Shown here: in pieces, positions 12,529 to 25,770 of the stretch
How positions within the stretch are numbered: the first letter of the stretch is position 1
Layout of the letters: each line of letters starts with the position of its first letter
The notes under the pieces: generated by a model
Database searches by the model: none
Seen by the model: only the letters and a program-made list of their open reading frames with translations
Told to the model about the DNA's origin: nothing
Origin: Callorhinchus milii
Lineage: Eukaryota
Direction of reading: 5' to 3'
Length of the DNA stretch: 64,000 nt
Assembly (NCBI RefSeq): GCF_018977255.1
Contig: NW_024704743.1
Span: 1,364,001-1,428,000, forward strand
Position numbers and translations under genes: made by a program

Positions 12529-12806
12529 GGAGTCGTGCTGTAGCTCAGGGGTCAGAGCACTCGCCTCGCAAGCCAGAGGAACTGGGTTTGATTCCCGGCT
12601 AACGAGAAACCTCAGGTAATAATCCCTCCCCCCCAAAAAAAAATCAAAATAATAATTTGGTCGCTCAACCCACGGCTGTTTGTGGGGACGCTGCTGTGCG
12701 CGATCGGCTGCCGCGTTTCGCCCACAAACACAGTGTATCCCGTGAAGCGCTTTGAGACTGTCTCGAAGACGTGATAAGGCGCTGTATCAAATGCCAGGAT
12801 TGTTAT
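12529..12806 (+). mobile_element. SINE with an internal deletion of the central body
   Basis: The tRNA head joins almost directly to the ggtaataatccc/Deu-like block. Confidence 0.85.
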
Positions 12807-15800
12807 TGACAGTGCATCTACAGTAAACATAATCCTAATGATTGACTGATCCAGAAAGGCAGTTGGCACCTTATTGTAGTACTTTTCCATTATTGGGACT
12901 GTCTGTCTAGACTAAGAGTCTCAAAGTCACGGGGGGTTTGAGCCGAAGACCTTCTGACTCAGGAGGCAAGAGCTACCAGCCGCCGAGTAACTGAACTTGC
13001 CCGATACGATGGGTGACCACACTCGCACGTCAGTCGGTTCGCATCACCTCTCTCGTGGTGGTGTATTTTCGAAGCTAAAAAAGCTTTGTTCCTCTACATA
13101 ACGCACAGACAACAACAACTTGCATTGTTCGTCTCGGAGCGCTTAAAGTCAGTGCACTTCACGGTACTTTGAAGTGCATCGGGTCTTTCTCCTGCCGGGA
13201 AAGGCACTAAAGTAATATTTATTTCGAGTCCCTCAACAATCTAGTGCTGGTGCTGCAGCTGGAACCCTTGGCATCAAGTGGACAGAACGAGCAAACAAGA
13301 CCAACACATTACACAGCGCAAATTAAAAAGAGTCCCACTGTTTATAAATATAATGGTTACCCGTGTGACTCAGCGTCAACTAGAACGGTGGTATTTCAGC
13401 ACGCTGTGCGCATTTTATGTTAGCGCTAGGACATATCTAAATATAATTTAACATTTACTGTTGTGAGTAGGAGTGGATGCAGTTATGCCCATTTCCATGG
13501 TTAATCACTCTATGTAATTGATTGAGGGCGACTGTGGAATGCTAACCCAATACGAGAGAGACGTGGGGGCGGGCGGGGGGTGTCAGCGGGGAGGGACACT
13601 TTGGGGCTGAACTGGCTCCATGTCAGAATCAAGACCGCCCTCTGAGGTGGTCTTGGTAGTCTGGTTCCTGAGCCTGGAGGGGCCGCAGTATTCCAGGGCA
13701 CTCACCGCTGATGCCAACACGGTCCAGCCGTGGCTCAGCGGCAGGACCTGGAAGGGCCGACCAGTCACTGGGAGCAGAGAATCCTCCCCCTCGGCTCCTG
13801 TTAACTCTGCAGCCAAAGCCCTAACTAACGGGTAGGGTGGTCCTCGCTGGACAAGCAGCGGGAAAGCTTGGCCAGACAGGGCTCTCGATGGCCGAGCTGT
13901 GTGTGTGGGTTTAGCTGGTTAGACTCCAGCAGTTACCCCCAACGCACACTCTGGGCTCCCCCCAAGCCTTGGTCCTTGCCAACATGAGTCTAATACTCAC
14001 TGGAATTAGGTAAGCTGTGGGGGGGGGGGGGGGGTCCGTCAAGAATTTCCACATATGGGAGCTCAGCTTGGTTTGGATACTCTCTGAAACACGGTGATGG
14101 GATTCTGCCTGTGTCAGACACCCGGCTGACCCCCCCTGGCCCTCCCCCTCCCCCGCCCACCCCCCCATCCCCCCTACCCCCCATCCCTCAGGAAAAATAA
14201 AATAGGAGAGAGAGAGAGAGAGAGAGAAACGTGAAAGGAAATGAAATGAGTGGGTGGGGAAAGAGTGAGGCAAGTCAAAGTGCTTCAGCAACTGATAATT
14301 AGGTTCCTGTTTAACGTATCATTACAAAAAATAATTCGAATTCTCGGTGCAATCGCACAGCGAGGTGCGTGACAGCTTCTAAACGCAGAGCATCTGAAGC
14401 TGTTAAGACGCTGAAAAAAGCCATTTCCGGATGTCTTTAACGCACGCGGCCTTCAAACGGCGCGGAGGCGCGGTGTAGCCCCGCACGTTTCGCTCCACCC
14501 CGCGGGATCGAGGAGGCGAAGGATAACTCCGTCCCGAAGTTAATCTTGTCGGGACTGAATTAGGGTTTCGCAGTTTAAATGCAAAGTTCATTAAAATTTC
14601 ACTATTGCAATTTGTCACTTTTCGCCAGGGCGGCCCCTGCCTTTGTGGCGACAATTCCATCCTCATTAGCGATCAGAGGTCCCTTGCCAGCGTTAAGATA
14701 TCATTTGCTGAGCCTTCGAGTTTTTAAGGCATCGATTAAGCCGGCCCTCGCCAGACCTAATGTAATTGTGCAGAGGAAGGAAGTGGCGGCAACTTGTGAG
14801 ATTACAAACGCTGGTCTTAAACTTGCACCTTAAAAGAAATGAACCCTTTCGGCTTCCTCAGTTGACAGTGGCGTCTCGTGTCAAACGGAGCTTCGGAAAG
14901 ATCTCAGGTTCATTCTGTCCTTGACCTTCGCTCAGGGCCTCTCAATCCGGGCTGGGGACGGGCAGGGCGCGGGCAATAATAAATAATATCATAATCCTTG
15001 TGTCTGATACAGCGCCTTGTCGCGACAGATCTCAAAGCGCTTCACGGAATAGAGCGGAAAGAGACAAAGGGTTTCTGCTGAACACTGTCTAAAATGTCAT
15101 CCGCAGACACGGTGTCGACTTCCACTCGTACGCGGGTGACACCCAAATCTACTTCCCCCCCTTCCAGCTGCGCCTCCCGGTCTCCTGATGGCCTGTTTTG
15201 ACGTACATCAACGTCTGGATGAGCGCAAATTTCCTGCAGCTGAATGTCGGCGAGGCGGAAGCCAGACTCTTTGGGTCTGAATCCCTAACAACTGGGTTCC
15301 TAGGTACACAGAGCAATGTTTTGCACCACCCGGGAATCAAACCCGGGGCCTCTCGCTTGCGAGGCGAGCCAGCGAGCTAACCACTACGCTACGAGACTCC
15401 ACAATGAACAGGATGTTTGGGCTCAGGCCCTTTCGTGTCCTCAGAGCTGCTGAGACTGTGCATCAAACCCCCCCCCCCCCCAAAGAATCGTCAACTTGAA
15501 TTGTAGCTTCCAACACGTACTGTAAAATACAGTAATTGTTTTGTGTGCAATCATGGCAGCCAAGTTGCACACTTCAATGTCCTGCAAACAACAACAACTT
15601 GGATGTATATAGCGCCCTCCACCCCAGACGGCGTCTCAGAGCGTTGTACAGTAACGGGTCCCTGGGCTGAGCCGGGGGTGGGGAGGAAGGTGACCAAAGG
15701 CGCGGTCAAAAAGAAGGGTCTTCAGCTGAGATCTGAAAGTAGGAAGAGAGGGGGCGATGGGAAGGGAGTGAGGAAAGGAGCCACAAACAGCCATGAAGTG

Positions 15801-17159
15801 AATGACCAATTTTATTTGGGGTGGGGGGGGGGGCGGGGATTGTCGGCCAAATATTGGGAGAGAGCAACTCCGTTCTCTTTTCCAATAGCACCGATATTCC
15901 AATATTGTGTGTAACTCGATGCACAAAAGAGCGACTGCAGTTGTGAGGCACTGAACGCACAACACAAGCACTGAAGGCCATTTAGCGATTCTGCAAACTG
16001 GAAGTGCTGTCCTCTGTGGTTTAGAAAATGACCCATTTTTTTTTCTTACGTACATAATCCAATGTCCGCCCAACCCCCTCCACTTGCCGCAGTAACAGTA
16101 TTTTAGCTGGAATAAAAGCCGGATGTCAATAGTATAAAGTTTCATCTCTGGAAACTGGAAGAACTTAGTGTAGTCCTGCAGCTGTTAAAATGATTTTACC
16201 CCCTCCCCGCCCACCCCTAATACACACACACACACACACCACATGCCCAGGCACACAAACCAACAAACACACACGTACACACAGACAACACACACACACA
16301 GCACACTCAGACACACACAAACAGACACACACACACACACGTACACCCACACTCAAGCGAGATATGGTGTGGCGCATCAACCCATCAATTGAATCTTATT
16401 GAAATAAGACCCAAAGCTCATCCGCATCAGATTCGAGAAAGAAATTCAATCCAATCCTTCAGATAAAATGGTCGCTCACCTCATGGCTATTTACTGAAGC
16501 GGCGTGGTTGCCACGTTTGCCTACAAAAGTCATGGCCCTAGACATTAATTACAGTAATTACTGTAAAGCTCTTCGAGATGTTTAGATATTGTAAAATGCA
16601 TCTCCCATGAGTATTCAGTTATTCCAACAATAGCTGTATTCAAAGGTTATTCCTTCACCCACATCAAATCCAGAACGCTGGCCGTAAAGCCTCGCGTTTG
16701 ATTCAGTGCCTTATCACGTCATTGAGACGTCTCAAAGCGCTTCACAGGATATATTATAAAGTGGAGGGACTGTGAATCTTGTCGGCGAAATGCAGCAGCC
16801 AAATGCGAAAATGTAAGTTAACAGTTTTGTGCGGCTAAATTTGACAAGACGGCTCTATATTCCTAACTGATAACCTTTGCCTGGAGTCAGGCTGATTACG
16901 TGTCCATCGATTGCTTTTCGGAACAGCTCACAGGGGCTGCAATGGCCTTCGCACGTTTAGATTTTAGTTTTACAATCAAAGTCACCACAAGTTGGACGCA
17001 TTGATTCCTGTCTGAGATCTGAGCCGGGAAGAAGAGAAGAGAGAGGTGTTTTCAATGAAGGACTGAAGCCCGAGAGAGTGCGGTGGTGATTTATTCTCTG
17101 ATTTGGGGTCGAGTTCCCCTAGGGTTCGGGGAGTATTTGTGCGGTGGGTGCAGAGTAAT

Positions 17160-17490
17160 CGCTGAGTGGTAAGAGCGTTCGCAGGGCCAAACGTTGGGCA
17201 AGTTTCCTTACTCCACACACACGCCTCTGTTTACCAGCAGTCAGTAGGAACACGGTTTTTAGTCGATTGGTGGATGGCTTTTCCAGGGGATTAATAATCC
17301 CTCCAAAAATAATAATAATTTGGTCACTCAATCCAAGACTATTTGTGAGACTCCGCTGTGCGCAATTGGCTGCCGCGTTTCACCCATAAAATATACAGTC
17401 AATTCACTTTACAGTGTATCCTGTGAAGCACTTTGAGACGACTCGACGACGTGATAAGGCGCTATATCAAATGCAAGGATTATTATTGTA
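17160..17490 (+). mobile_element. SINE, near full length
   Basis: Family match. Confidence 0.87.
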
Positions 17491-17499
17491 ATTAACGGG

Positions 17500-17745
17500 G
17501 TGGGGGGGCCGGGGGCACAGTGGCTGAAAGCACGGCCACCAATTGTGCAGCGGAGGGGACGAGGGACGGGTGGTTGGGCCGAGCCGGTTGAGTGGGCAGC
17601 GCGTGGTGTGACGGGGAGCCAGTGTACTCTGGCAAGGACTGGAGTGATGGGGAGGCGGGGGTGGCAAATACAGCGAAAAGCCTGGTTCGAGCCAAGACAC
17701 ATGCGGCAGAATACTGAATCATTTGGACATTGTTAACCGTGGAGC
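17500..17745 (-). mobile_element. L2 ORF2 fragment
   Basis: VQMIQYSAACVL..ITPVLARVHWLPV..TIGGRAFSHCAP, read across frameshifts. Confidence 0.8.
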
Positions 17746-19821
17746 TGGGGAGACTGGCGAGTAGTGGTGCGTGTGAAATATTAATAATAATAATAATCCT
17801 TGCTTTCATACAGCGCCTTATCACGTCTTCGAGACGTCTCAAAGTGCTTCACAGGATAACACTGTAAAGTGAATTGACTGGGTGTTTTGTGGGCGAAACT
17901 CGGCAGCCGATTGCGCACAGCAGCGTCCCCACAAACAGCCGTGGACTGAGTGAACAATTTATTTTGATTTATTTTGATTTGTAGGCGAGGTTGAGGATCT
18001 TGAAAATGATCAGCTGGGAGACAGTGGAGACCGGCAACTTTACTTTTACATTTACTTACTTTTTTAAAATATAAAAACACATAATATTATAATATAAAAC
18101 TAGATTGTGTGCCCCCTAGCGACAGGATCTAAGGACCAAGTTAATAACTGCCTTGTTCATTAGAGACCCATTAGAGCTCTCCGCACCATCAACCTCGCCT
18201 TCCAAGGACCTCCATGGCCTCTTGCTCTTCCCTACCTCTGTGACCTGCTAACCCCATATCAACCTGTCCGCTCCCTCCGCTCAGTGGGCTTCACGTCCTC
18301 TGCCCGGCCCACCCTACCACCATCAACCTCTCCGCCCCCAACCTTTTCGGAACTCAATCCCACGTTGATGGCCTTGCTCCCTCTGTTGCCTCCCTCGACC
18401 CTCCTCTTCAATCGTGCCTTCAGCCACCCTCCTACCTCTCCCCTCCCCGCCCTCTGCCTTCCCTAATCCCAACCCCCAGAGCTCAGATCCAGATCCCTGA
18501 CTGTCCTCAACATTCCTCCCAATGTTGAAAGGCGCTTCAGGATGTAAATTTAAATTGCTGTTCAGGAGAAGGGAGAAAATAGGACCTTTTTTCACAATAA
18601 ATTCCAATTCCAGGTGGGTGGAGTAAGGAAACTTGTCCAAGGTTTCGCCCCGCCCGGGAATAAGAATAATCCTTCCATTTGATATACAGTAAATACAGAT
18701 CTGTATAAATCGCACATCTGCCCAAGTCCTGTTCAAGAGTTTATTTTCCATGCAAGTTTGACACAATTAAATAAATAATAAGTGTATGGTCCCAACTGAT
18801 AAGCCCAACGTGAGCTGGTACCGTATCACATTATTGAGATGCCTCAAAGAGCTTCAGGGAATATACTGTAAAGTGAATTGACTGTGTATTTTGTGGGCAA
18901 AACGTGGCAGCCAATTACGCACAGCAGCGTCCCCACAAACAGCTGTGGATATTGAGTGACCAATTTATTATTAGAGGGGTAAGAGAGATGGGGATTAAGG
19001 GGGGGGGGGGGGAAGGGGCAGAGTATAAACACTGGCATGGACTAGTTGGGTCAAATGACCTGTTTCCATGCGGTAACACTCTGTAATTTATTTCTTTCAT
19101 TCAGTTACAGCCACCCCTGCCCCCCAGCCGCAGGGGAGGGCGAGGGGTGGGGGAGAGACCGTTCTAAAAACATTAGGATCCATAACTTAATAAACCCTGA
19201 TTTACACCAAACGGCCCGCCCGCCTCGGCAAACTCAGCAAGAGTGAAATGCGGAGGTCAAAGCGGATAATTTGTCATGTACAGACTGCTGATGCGAGTCG
19301 CTGAACAAAAACTAAAACAAGGATCTGATCCGTCGAGCCTCTGTGAAAAAAAAAGACTCCCCCTCCTCCCTCCCTCCCTCCCTCGATCGATTTCTCTATC
19401 CATTCCCCCGGGTAGCGCAAATGATTCGGGCTCACTTTCACAGCATTTCTACATACATGATACATGCACAAAAAACAATTGAAGCAGAAAATAAAAGATA
19501 AGTCGAGAGGGCTTACCTTACTTAAAACAAAATCCTGCATGTGTGCGTGTACGTTGGGGTGTGTGCGTGTTTGGTTGGTGTGTGTGTGTGTGTGCGCGTT
19601 GCGTGCGAGTGTGTGTTGTGTTTGTGTGCGCGTGTTGTGTGCGAGTGTGCGTTGTGTTCTGTGCGTGCGCGCGCGTGTGTTGTGTGCGCACGGGGGTGTG
19701 TGTGTGTGTGTTGTGTGCGAGTGTGTGTATGACTATTCGGAAATGCTGAAAGAAATTCATCCCAAGACAAAGAACTTACTGGGAGACGTATATAAATAGA
19801 CAATTTACAAAGATGTCTTAC

Positions 19822-19879
19822 CTGGAACCCTGTTTATCTCCACGTCAAAGTAGCATTGAGGACGGTTCTTCACCCCCAT
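19822..19879 (-). CDS. NKTR: NKTR first coding exon (MGVKNRPQCYFDVEINRVP/V); the exon probably begins at 19904 with 5'UTR
   Basis: Reverse complement ATG GGG GTG AAG AAC CGT CCT CAA TGC TAC TTT GAC GTG GAG ATA AAC AGG GTT CCA G|gtaag. 58 coding nt, cyclophilin N-terminus. Upstream acceptor cctcctcctctttgttctgaatcag at 19905-19906. Confidence 0.93.
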
Positions 19880-21554
19880 CGCAAGGCACACTCTGTGTTC
19901 ACACCTGATTCAGAACAAAGAGGAGGAGGTTGGCAAGGTAGCCGTGTCAATGAATCTCTGCTGAACCCGGTCAGGACTCTATGTAAAAGCGACCTCTTCT
20001 TAAAAGTCTTGCAGGCATCTATTCTCTCTTTTTCTCTCTCTTTCTTGCACTCTGCTCTCCCTCCCTCCCTCTCCCTCTCTCTCTCTCTCTCTTCCTCGCT
20101 CTACTCTCTTCTCTCTCCCGCCCTTCCTTCTGACGAGCCGACTCTCATGCTATCAAAGACGGCACAAACCGTCTTTTCTTCTGCGGGTGACGAGCGACGA
20201 GCAGTGTGTGAATGAGACGCTCAAAGGCAGAGGAACACACAAGTCTCCAACAGCACGAGAGGGAGTGGGGAAGGGGAGGGGGGGGGGGGGAGTGTGGGCG
20301 GGGGATTGAGATTCATATGCAAACTCATCCTTTTCGTATGACACCCAACAAGCCTATTAAGCAAAACACTCTTGAGACAGTCACTCTTCAGTAATTAAAC
20401 AACACTGCTGTCCAGAAGAGCTGAAGGAGTACTAATTGAAGGAACTAAATTAAGAAAGCAACACAGCAGCAGCAAAATAACACACACGTACACACACGTA
20501 AATATGCACCGACGGTGCAATTAAACATGCAGCGTTGTGCCACAGAAATTAAAATTAAAAATTGCAAACAATTGTCTCTTTGCGGAGAGAGGAAAAAACG
20601 CACACATTTCTCGAATTCGGTCTGATATTCAATGCGTGTCGTGTCATGTCGCAATTCGCCTGGGAACAGGGACATGAAATATCACGTTGAAAAAATAATT
20701 GATAGCAATAAGGGCCTATCGATTCCCACGGGCGGTTTAGTTTTGCTTCAGCAAACTAGGAGCTACCACATCGCGCACGATTCTGGTCTCTGGCTCTCGC
20801 TTACATAGATTTCAACGACGACGACTTGTATTTACACAGCGCTTCTCGCACAGGGTTTACAAGCCCCAGAGCGCTTGATAGTGGTGGAGCGCGACTCTGA
20901 GCCGGGAGGGGGCAGAAGACGGTCGAAGGGGAAGGCGTGTCGTGAAAAAGGGGCAGGAAGGGGGCGAGGCGGAGGGGGATGGAGTAAGAGCGTTCCAGAG
21001 TTTCGGAGGCCTCGTGGCTGAAATACATCAATATAGTCCCAAGATTTATTTACTGTCGCTCTCTGACCTTCAACGGTGAAAGCCCCTTCCCTGGAGAGTT
21101 TTAAAAAAGAAGACCTGTGTGTTTTGCTTTCTTTTGTTGTTGGATTTGAAGTCCACCCACACGGCAGGGGATCAAAGACATCTAACCTTGCCTCAGAACG
21201 TCGGGAACTGGCTTGCAGTTCACGAGCCAAACAAGCCCCGCGCTACCGAAACACCACGCGGCCATTTAAGACGTTCGGTGCACGCGACAGTGAAGCTTCA
21301 GATCAAGTACGATATCGACTGAGACAGCTTGAGAAACGGCACCGGGAGACGAGGAGCCAAAGTGGATGAAACGCGAGCTTTTAGGACAACAACAAGATTA
21401 CATTTGTACAGCGCCTTTCACGTCGGGAGGACATCCCAAGGCGCTTGACAGTGTACAGCATTTGAGACCCGAGCTGAGGTTGGGGAGGGGGGAGAAGGGA
21501 GGGGAGGGGAAGGAGGATGACTGATGGCACGGTCGAAGAGTCAGGTACAGGCTA

Positions 21555-21760
21555 CAGCCATGGAATGAATGGCCAATTTTATCTGGGGGTGGGGGGATTG
21601 GCCAGGAACTCCGGGAGAGAGAAGCTCCCTTAACGGCGCCGCAGGATCTTTAACGTTCATCTGAACAGGCGCAGACCTCGCTTTAACATCCCATCCCAAG
21701 GACGGCACCTCTGACAGTGGAACACCTCCTCAACCACCGCACTGGAGTGTCTGTCAGCTT
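21555..21760 (-). mobile_element. Older DeuSINE-type element (SacSINE1/AmnSINE1-like body)
   Basis: Reverse complement gctgacagacactccagtgcgg..tgtcagaggtgccgtccttgggatgggatgttaaagcgagg..cctgttcagatgaacgttaaagatcc. Related copies at about 10560-10750 (+), 26290-26580 (+), 29800-30010 (+) and 37300-37420 (-). Confidence 0.7.
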
Positions 21761-22432
21761 AAGACGAGGTGAGGACATAGTCCTTAAGTGCTCTGGGACG
21801 CTACATTGCATGAAAGGCGCTATATAAGTGCAGGTTGTTGTGGTTGTGGTTGACGTGAGGCTCGACCCAACAGCTTTTAACTCAGAGAGAGAGCGAGAGA
21901 GACTGACTGAGACAGATTGACAGCTCAGGGAGAGGGGGAGTGGGGGAATAGCCAAGAAAATACGTCAACACGCGCCAGGTGCACAATGTAAAATGTAACT
22001 GGCCCAGTGTAATCTAACTTCCAGTTACCTGCGAGCTCGCCCTGTGGGTCACACGATTAAGGTCCGAGCCCTTGCCCTGGGAACTGAGCTCGCAGTTTAG
22101 GCTGACATGTTCACTGCAGGACAGGGAGGGTGTTTTATTACTGAGCCGAGCATTTCAGGTGGAGGTTAGAGATCCCTTGGCGGTACAGTAATTCGAAAGA
22201 GCACAGCTCTCCCCAGCGTACCGGCCTACATTCCTCCCTTGTCTGAATTCACCCCAAAAATGGTCTTTCCATCTGTCTTGCTGCTTTATTTTGTGTGGTT
22301 ATTAAATAATAATAATGATCATCATCACAATTCGGTCACTCAATCCACGACCGCGTGTGGGAGCCCTCCCAAACAGGAGCCCTCCCGCCGAGTCCTCCCA
22401 ATGGCACGTTTTCTTAACCTTAAGGGTTAAAG

Positions 22433-22870
22433 ATGCCTAAGAAGCGAAGATCAAGCCCTTTCAAGGACAAATGAAAGCGCCAGACGAAAGAGAGCAGGCC
22501 GTTTAAATGAATCCGAAGAGCAAAGGACAGCGCGGCTGGACTTAAAACGCAGAAAGGCACCCGAGTATACGGCCAAACGAGTTGCACGCTCAAAGGACAG
22601 TTCGGCTGGACTTCCGACGCAGAAAGGCCCGGCGAGAACACGGCAAAAAAAATTGCCCACTCAAAGAAGAAGGACGCGGCTGGACTTGAACGCTGAAAGG
22701 ACTGCAAGAGCACGGCAAAATGAGTTTCCCGCTCAAAGAATAGCCCAGCAGGACCTGGACACAGAAACGACTGCAAGAACACGGCAAAGTGGCATGGTAA
22801 GTGGCTTGTGAGTGTTAGCACTGAAATCTACATTCCATAGTGCCATCCTTTGCCACGGGTTACAGCTGGT
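22433..22870 (+). mobile_element. Decayed Helitron-like element with 23-aa (STPR-like) repeats
   Basis: Frameshift-corrected reading MPKKRRSSLSRTNESARRKRAGRL then about four imperfect NE(S/L/F)xxQRTARLDLNAERTARARQ units, period about 69-72 nt. Ends in tgccacgggttacagCTGG|t. Confidence 0.6.
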
Positions 22871-22874
22871 TCAC

Positions 22875-23198
22875 GACAAAGTGAATTGACTGTATGTCTT
22901 GTGGGCGAAACGCAGCAGCCGATTGAGCACGACGGTGTCTCACAAACTTGCCGTTGGTTGAGTGACCAAATTATTATTATTATTTTATTTTTTCGGAGGG
23001 ATTATTACCTCCAGAAAGGTGATTCGCCAATCAAGTAACAACCGGGTTCCTACTGACTGCCGGTAAACAGGAGGCGCGTGTGTGTGTGTGTGTGGAGTGA
23101 GGAAACTTGCCCAACGTCTCGCCCTGACCTGCCCGGGAATCGAACCCGGGTCCTCTCGCTCACGAGGCGAGGGCTCTGACCCCTGAGCTCCAGGACTC
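22875..23198 (-). mobile_element. SINE, 3' tail truncated
   Basis: Head, body and Deu-like block match. Confidence 0.87.
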
Positions 23199-24439
23199 TG
23201 GCATCTGATCAACAGAAGGGAGTTGGTTCGAATGAAGCACAGTGAAGGACGAATGTTGTTTATACGAGGAAACAGATTTCTTCTGCTACCGAAGGGACGT
23301 TTGTAACTGTTTCAACCGAGCGGAGATAACGCGACCGGGCGAAAGCAGAAGTGTTAATCCCACTCGAGCAAAAAATAAAACAACACTTATTTTCGGTGTA
23401 GATCGATTCCAGCAAAACTGCAGGTCACGAATCGACTGCAACGAACATCTATTTGAGACTTACTTGGCTTGAAACAATTTCGCCGACGCCTGAAGATTCT
23501 AGCGATACGATTCCTAAAATCACGCAGCTTTTCGGTGATCTGAGTGTTGAGGTGACAGCGCGCGACTAACTACGTGCCGGCTTCACCAACACACGCACGC
23601 ACGTCAAACTCAGACAACATAAAGGGCTCAAGGCTTTCTCTCCGTCTGTCGCTCCCTCTCTCCCTCTCTCTCTCCCTCTCTCTGTCTCTCTCTCTCTCTA
23701 TCCGACTCGCACTTCTTAGGACATCAAAAGCCGTGGCTTGCGAAGTCGATCTCTGGCCACGTCGAGCTCCCAGTCCATCGCGACGGCAGCGAGTGAAGTG
23801 TTTCAAGGCGAGTTGAGCTTTTATAAAACATGAGTGAGAGGATGACCTCACAGCAAACGGTTGCTGAGCCAGCCAGCTGACAATCCATCCTCCCTCCCTC
23901 CCTCCCTCCCTCTCCCTTCCGCTTACTCCACAAGCTTCTGACTTATCGAGATGCGTGTGTGTGTGTGTGTGCGTGTGTGTGTGGGGGGGGTTCTTTTTTT
24001 TTGTTGCATTTATTAAATCGTTAAGAAGCAGCAGAACCGGGTACGCTATCAAAGCCCGGACGGACTCTGGTTCGGAAGATTAGATTCGCTCCCCATTGAG
24101 CGTCCTGGTAGTTCTGCAAATGCTGCATTAGCTGATTATAGCATCGATTTCAATCTCGCCAGCATCTACTGACTATTAAACTCCCATTACCACAGACTTT
24201 AGCCTTCAGCTCAGTTGGGGTAAGAGGAGGTCGCAGTCAGGGATTCCAATCACTGATCATCACAATACCTTTAAACACACACACGCGCACACCCACCCAC
24301 ACACACACACCCACACGCGCGCGCGCGCGGGCTTAGCCAGACAGCCGTTCCGAAGGACGAACAACTAAATACTGCTAGTAATATTCAGCGCATTTGAAAT
24401 AGCGCCTTGTCACGTCGTTGAGCTGCCTTGGTTTTTTTT

Positions 24440-24652
24440 TGGGGTGGGGATTATTATCCCCGGGACAAGCGATCCGCCAATCGACTAACAACCGGGTTCC
24501 TACTGACCGCCGGTAAACAGAGTCGTGTGTGGAGTGTGTGTGTGTGGAGTGAGGAGCCTTACCCAACGTCTCGCCCTGACCTGCCCGGGAATCGAACCCG
24601 GGTCCCCTCGCTTGCGAGGCGAGGGCTCTAACCCCCGAGCTCCAGGGACTCC
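24440..24652 (-). mobile_element. SINE, 5' half
   Basis: Well-preserved head ...gggaatcgaacccgggtcccctcgcttgcgaggcgagggctctaaccccc. Confidence 0.87.
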
Positions 24653-25094
24653 ACAGTATAAGATGTCGGAGACCCCAGCAACTAATTTCGAAAAGGGAGG
24701 AGAATTTTTCCCAGAGAACACTGGCCGTCAATCTTCCAGATAAAACTCTGGAAGGTTGATTTTGACCTCGTGGCTGTTTGCAGGACCTTGATGTGTGGCA
24801 CGTTTTCCTGCAAAACTAATCGCCGTGCACGACAGTAATTACAACGGCGTTCCAGATAACACCCAACAAAGGAAAAACATCTCAAAGCGCTTCAGTTTTC
24901 CACGGAGTTCAGTGATTGTATCGCGGGTAGGCAAACCCATGGAGTGTAGTAGGCGAATTATCTGAAGCACTTTTGAGACACGGAGGCGATAAGGCTCCGA
25001 ATAAGAAGAATCGAGTTGTTTCTTCCCCTTCCGATTCCGTTTCCAATTCGCAGAACCGTATTGCACACAATCTGAACAGCTTCCGAGAAGGAGC

Positions 25095-25125
<31 letters not shown>

Positions 25126-25264
25126 TAAAAAAGAAATATATCCTCTGTCCACACTGCCAGGCAACTCGGGAGTTTTCAATGACGTAAATTAATTCCACTC
25201 GAAGAGGCTCTCTCCCTGCAATAAGGGTGTTTTCACTCAAACGACTTGGAATGGCACTTGTTTT

Positions 25265-25770
25265 TGAGCTGCCTCCGCTCGACTGGCTCCGACCTCCTGC
25301 TCATCCCCCGCACCCTCCGCTCCACCAGCGGTGACCGCGCTTTCAGCCACGGAAGCCCCGAAGCGCTGGAACACTCTTTCTCTATCCTTCCACCTTGCCC
25401 TCTCTTTCCCCATCTTCAGGCTGTGCCTGAAGACCTTCCTCTTCGACCAGTGCTGACGGTCACCTCCCCCCAACCCCCCCCCCAGGCTCGGTGTTGTGCT
25501 CGCCCACTGTCAAGCTCTCTGGGGCGCTACCCCGCGTGAGGAGTGAGTTGTTGTTTATGGCGCCCCTCGCTCAAGCTACAGGGTATCCTCCGAGAGCGCT
25601 CGACAGTGGCGGAGCCCGATGCCAAGCCGGGCGGAGGTGACCGTAGGCGCGTTCGAAGAGGAAGGTCTTCGGGCAACGACCTAAAGACCGGGAAGGAGGG
25701 GGGGCAAAGCGGAGGGATAGAGAAAGCGGGAGCGTGTTCCAGAATTTCCGGGGGTAGTGGCTGATAGGGC
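25265..25770. mobile_element. Two L2 3' fragments tail-to-tail (+ about 25265-25560, - about 25550-25770)
   Basis: CLRSTGSDLLLIPRTLRSTSGDRAFS on +; mirror-image L2 3' UTR on -. Confidence 0.72.

Noticed and set aside
4946..19879. Assignment of the cyclophilin exons to PPIG
   Set aside because: Residues GLGK, LCYKGST, GYF and KHDR, the 28-nt cassette exon and adjacency to SEC22C all favour NKTR.
20445..20675. IEYQ...KCV peptide as a possible SS18L2 exon
   Set aside because: Only a few residues match, spacing is wrong, and the flanking LLEEN/NKG motifs are absent.
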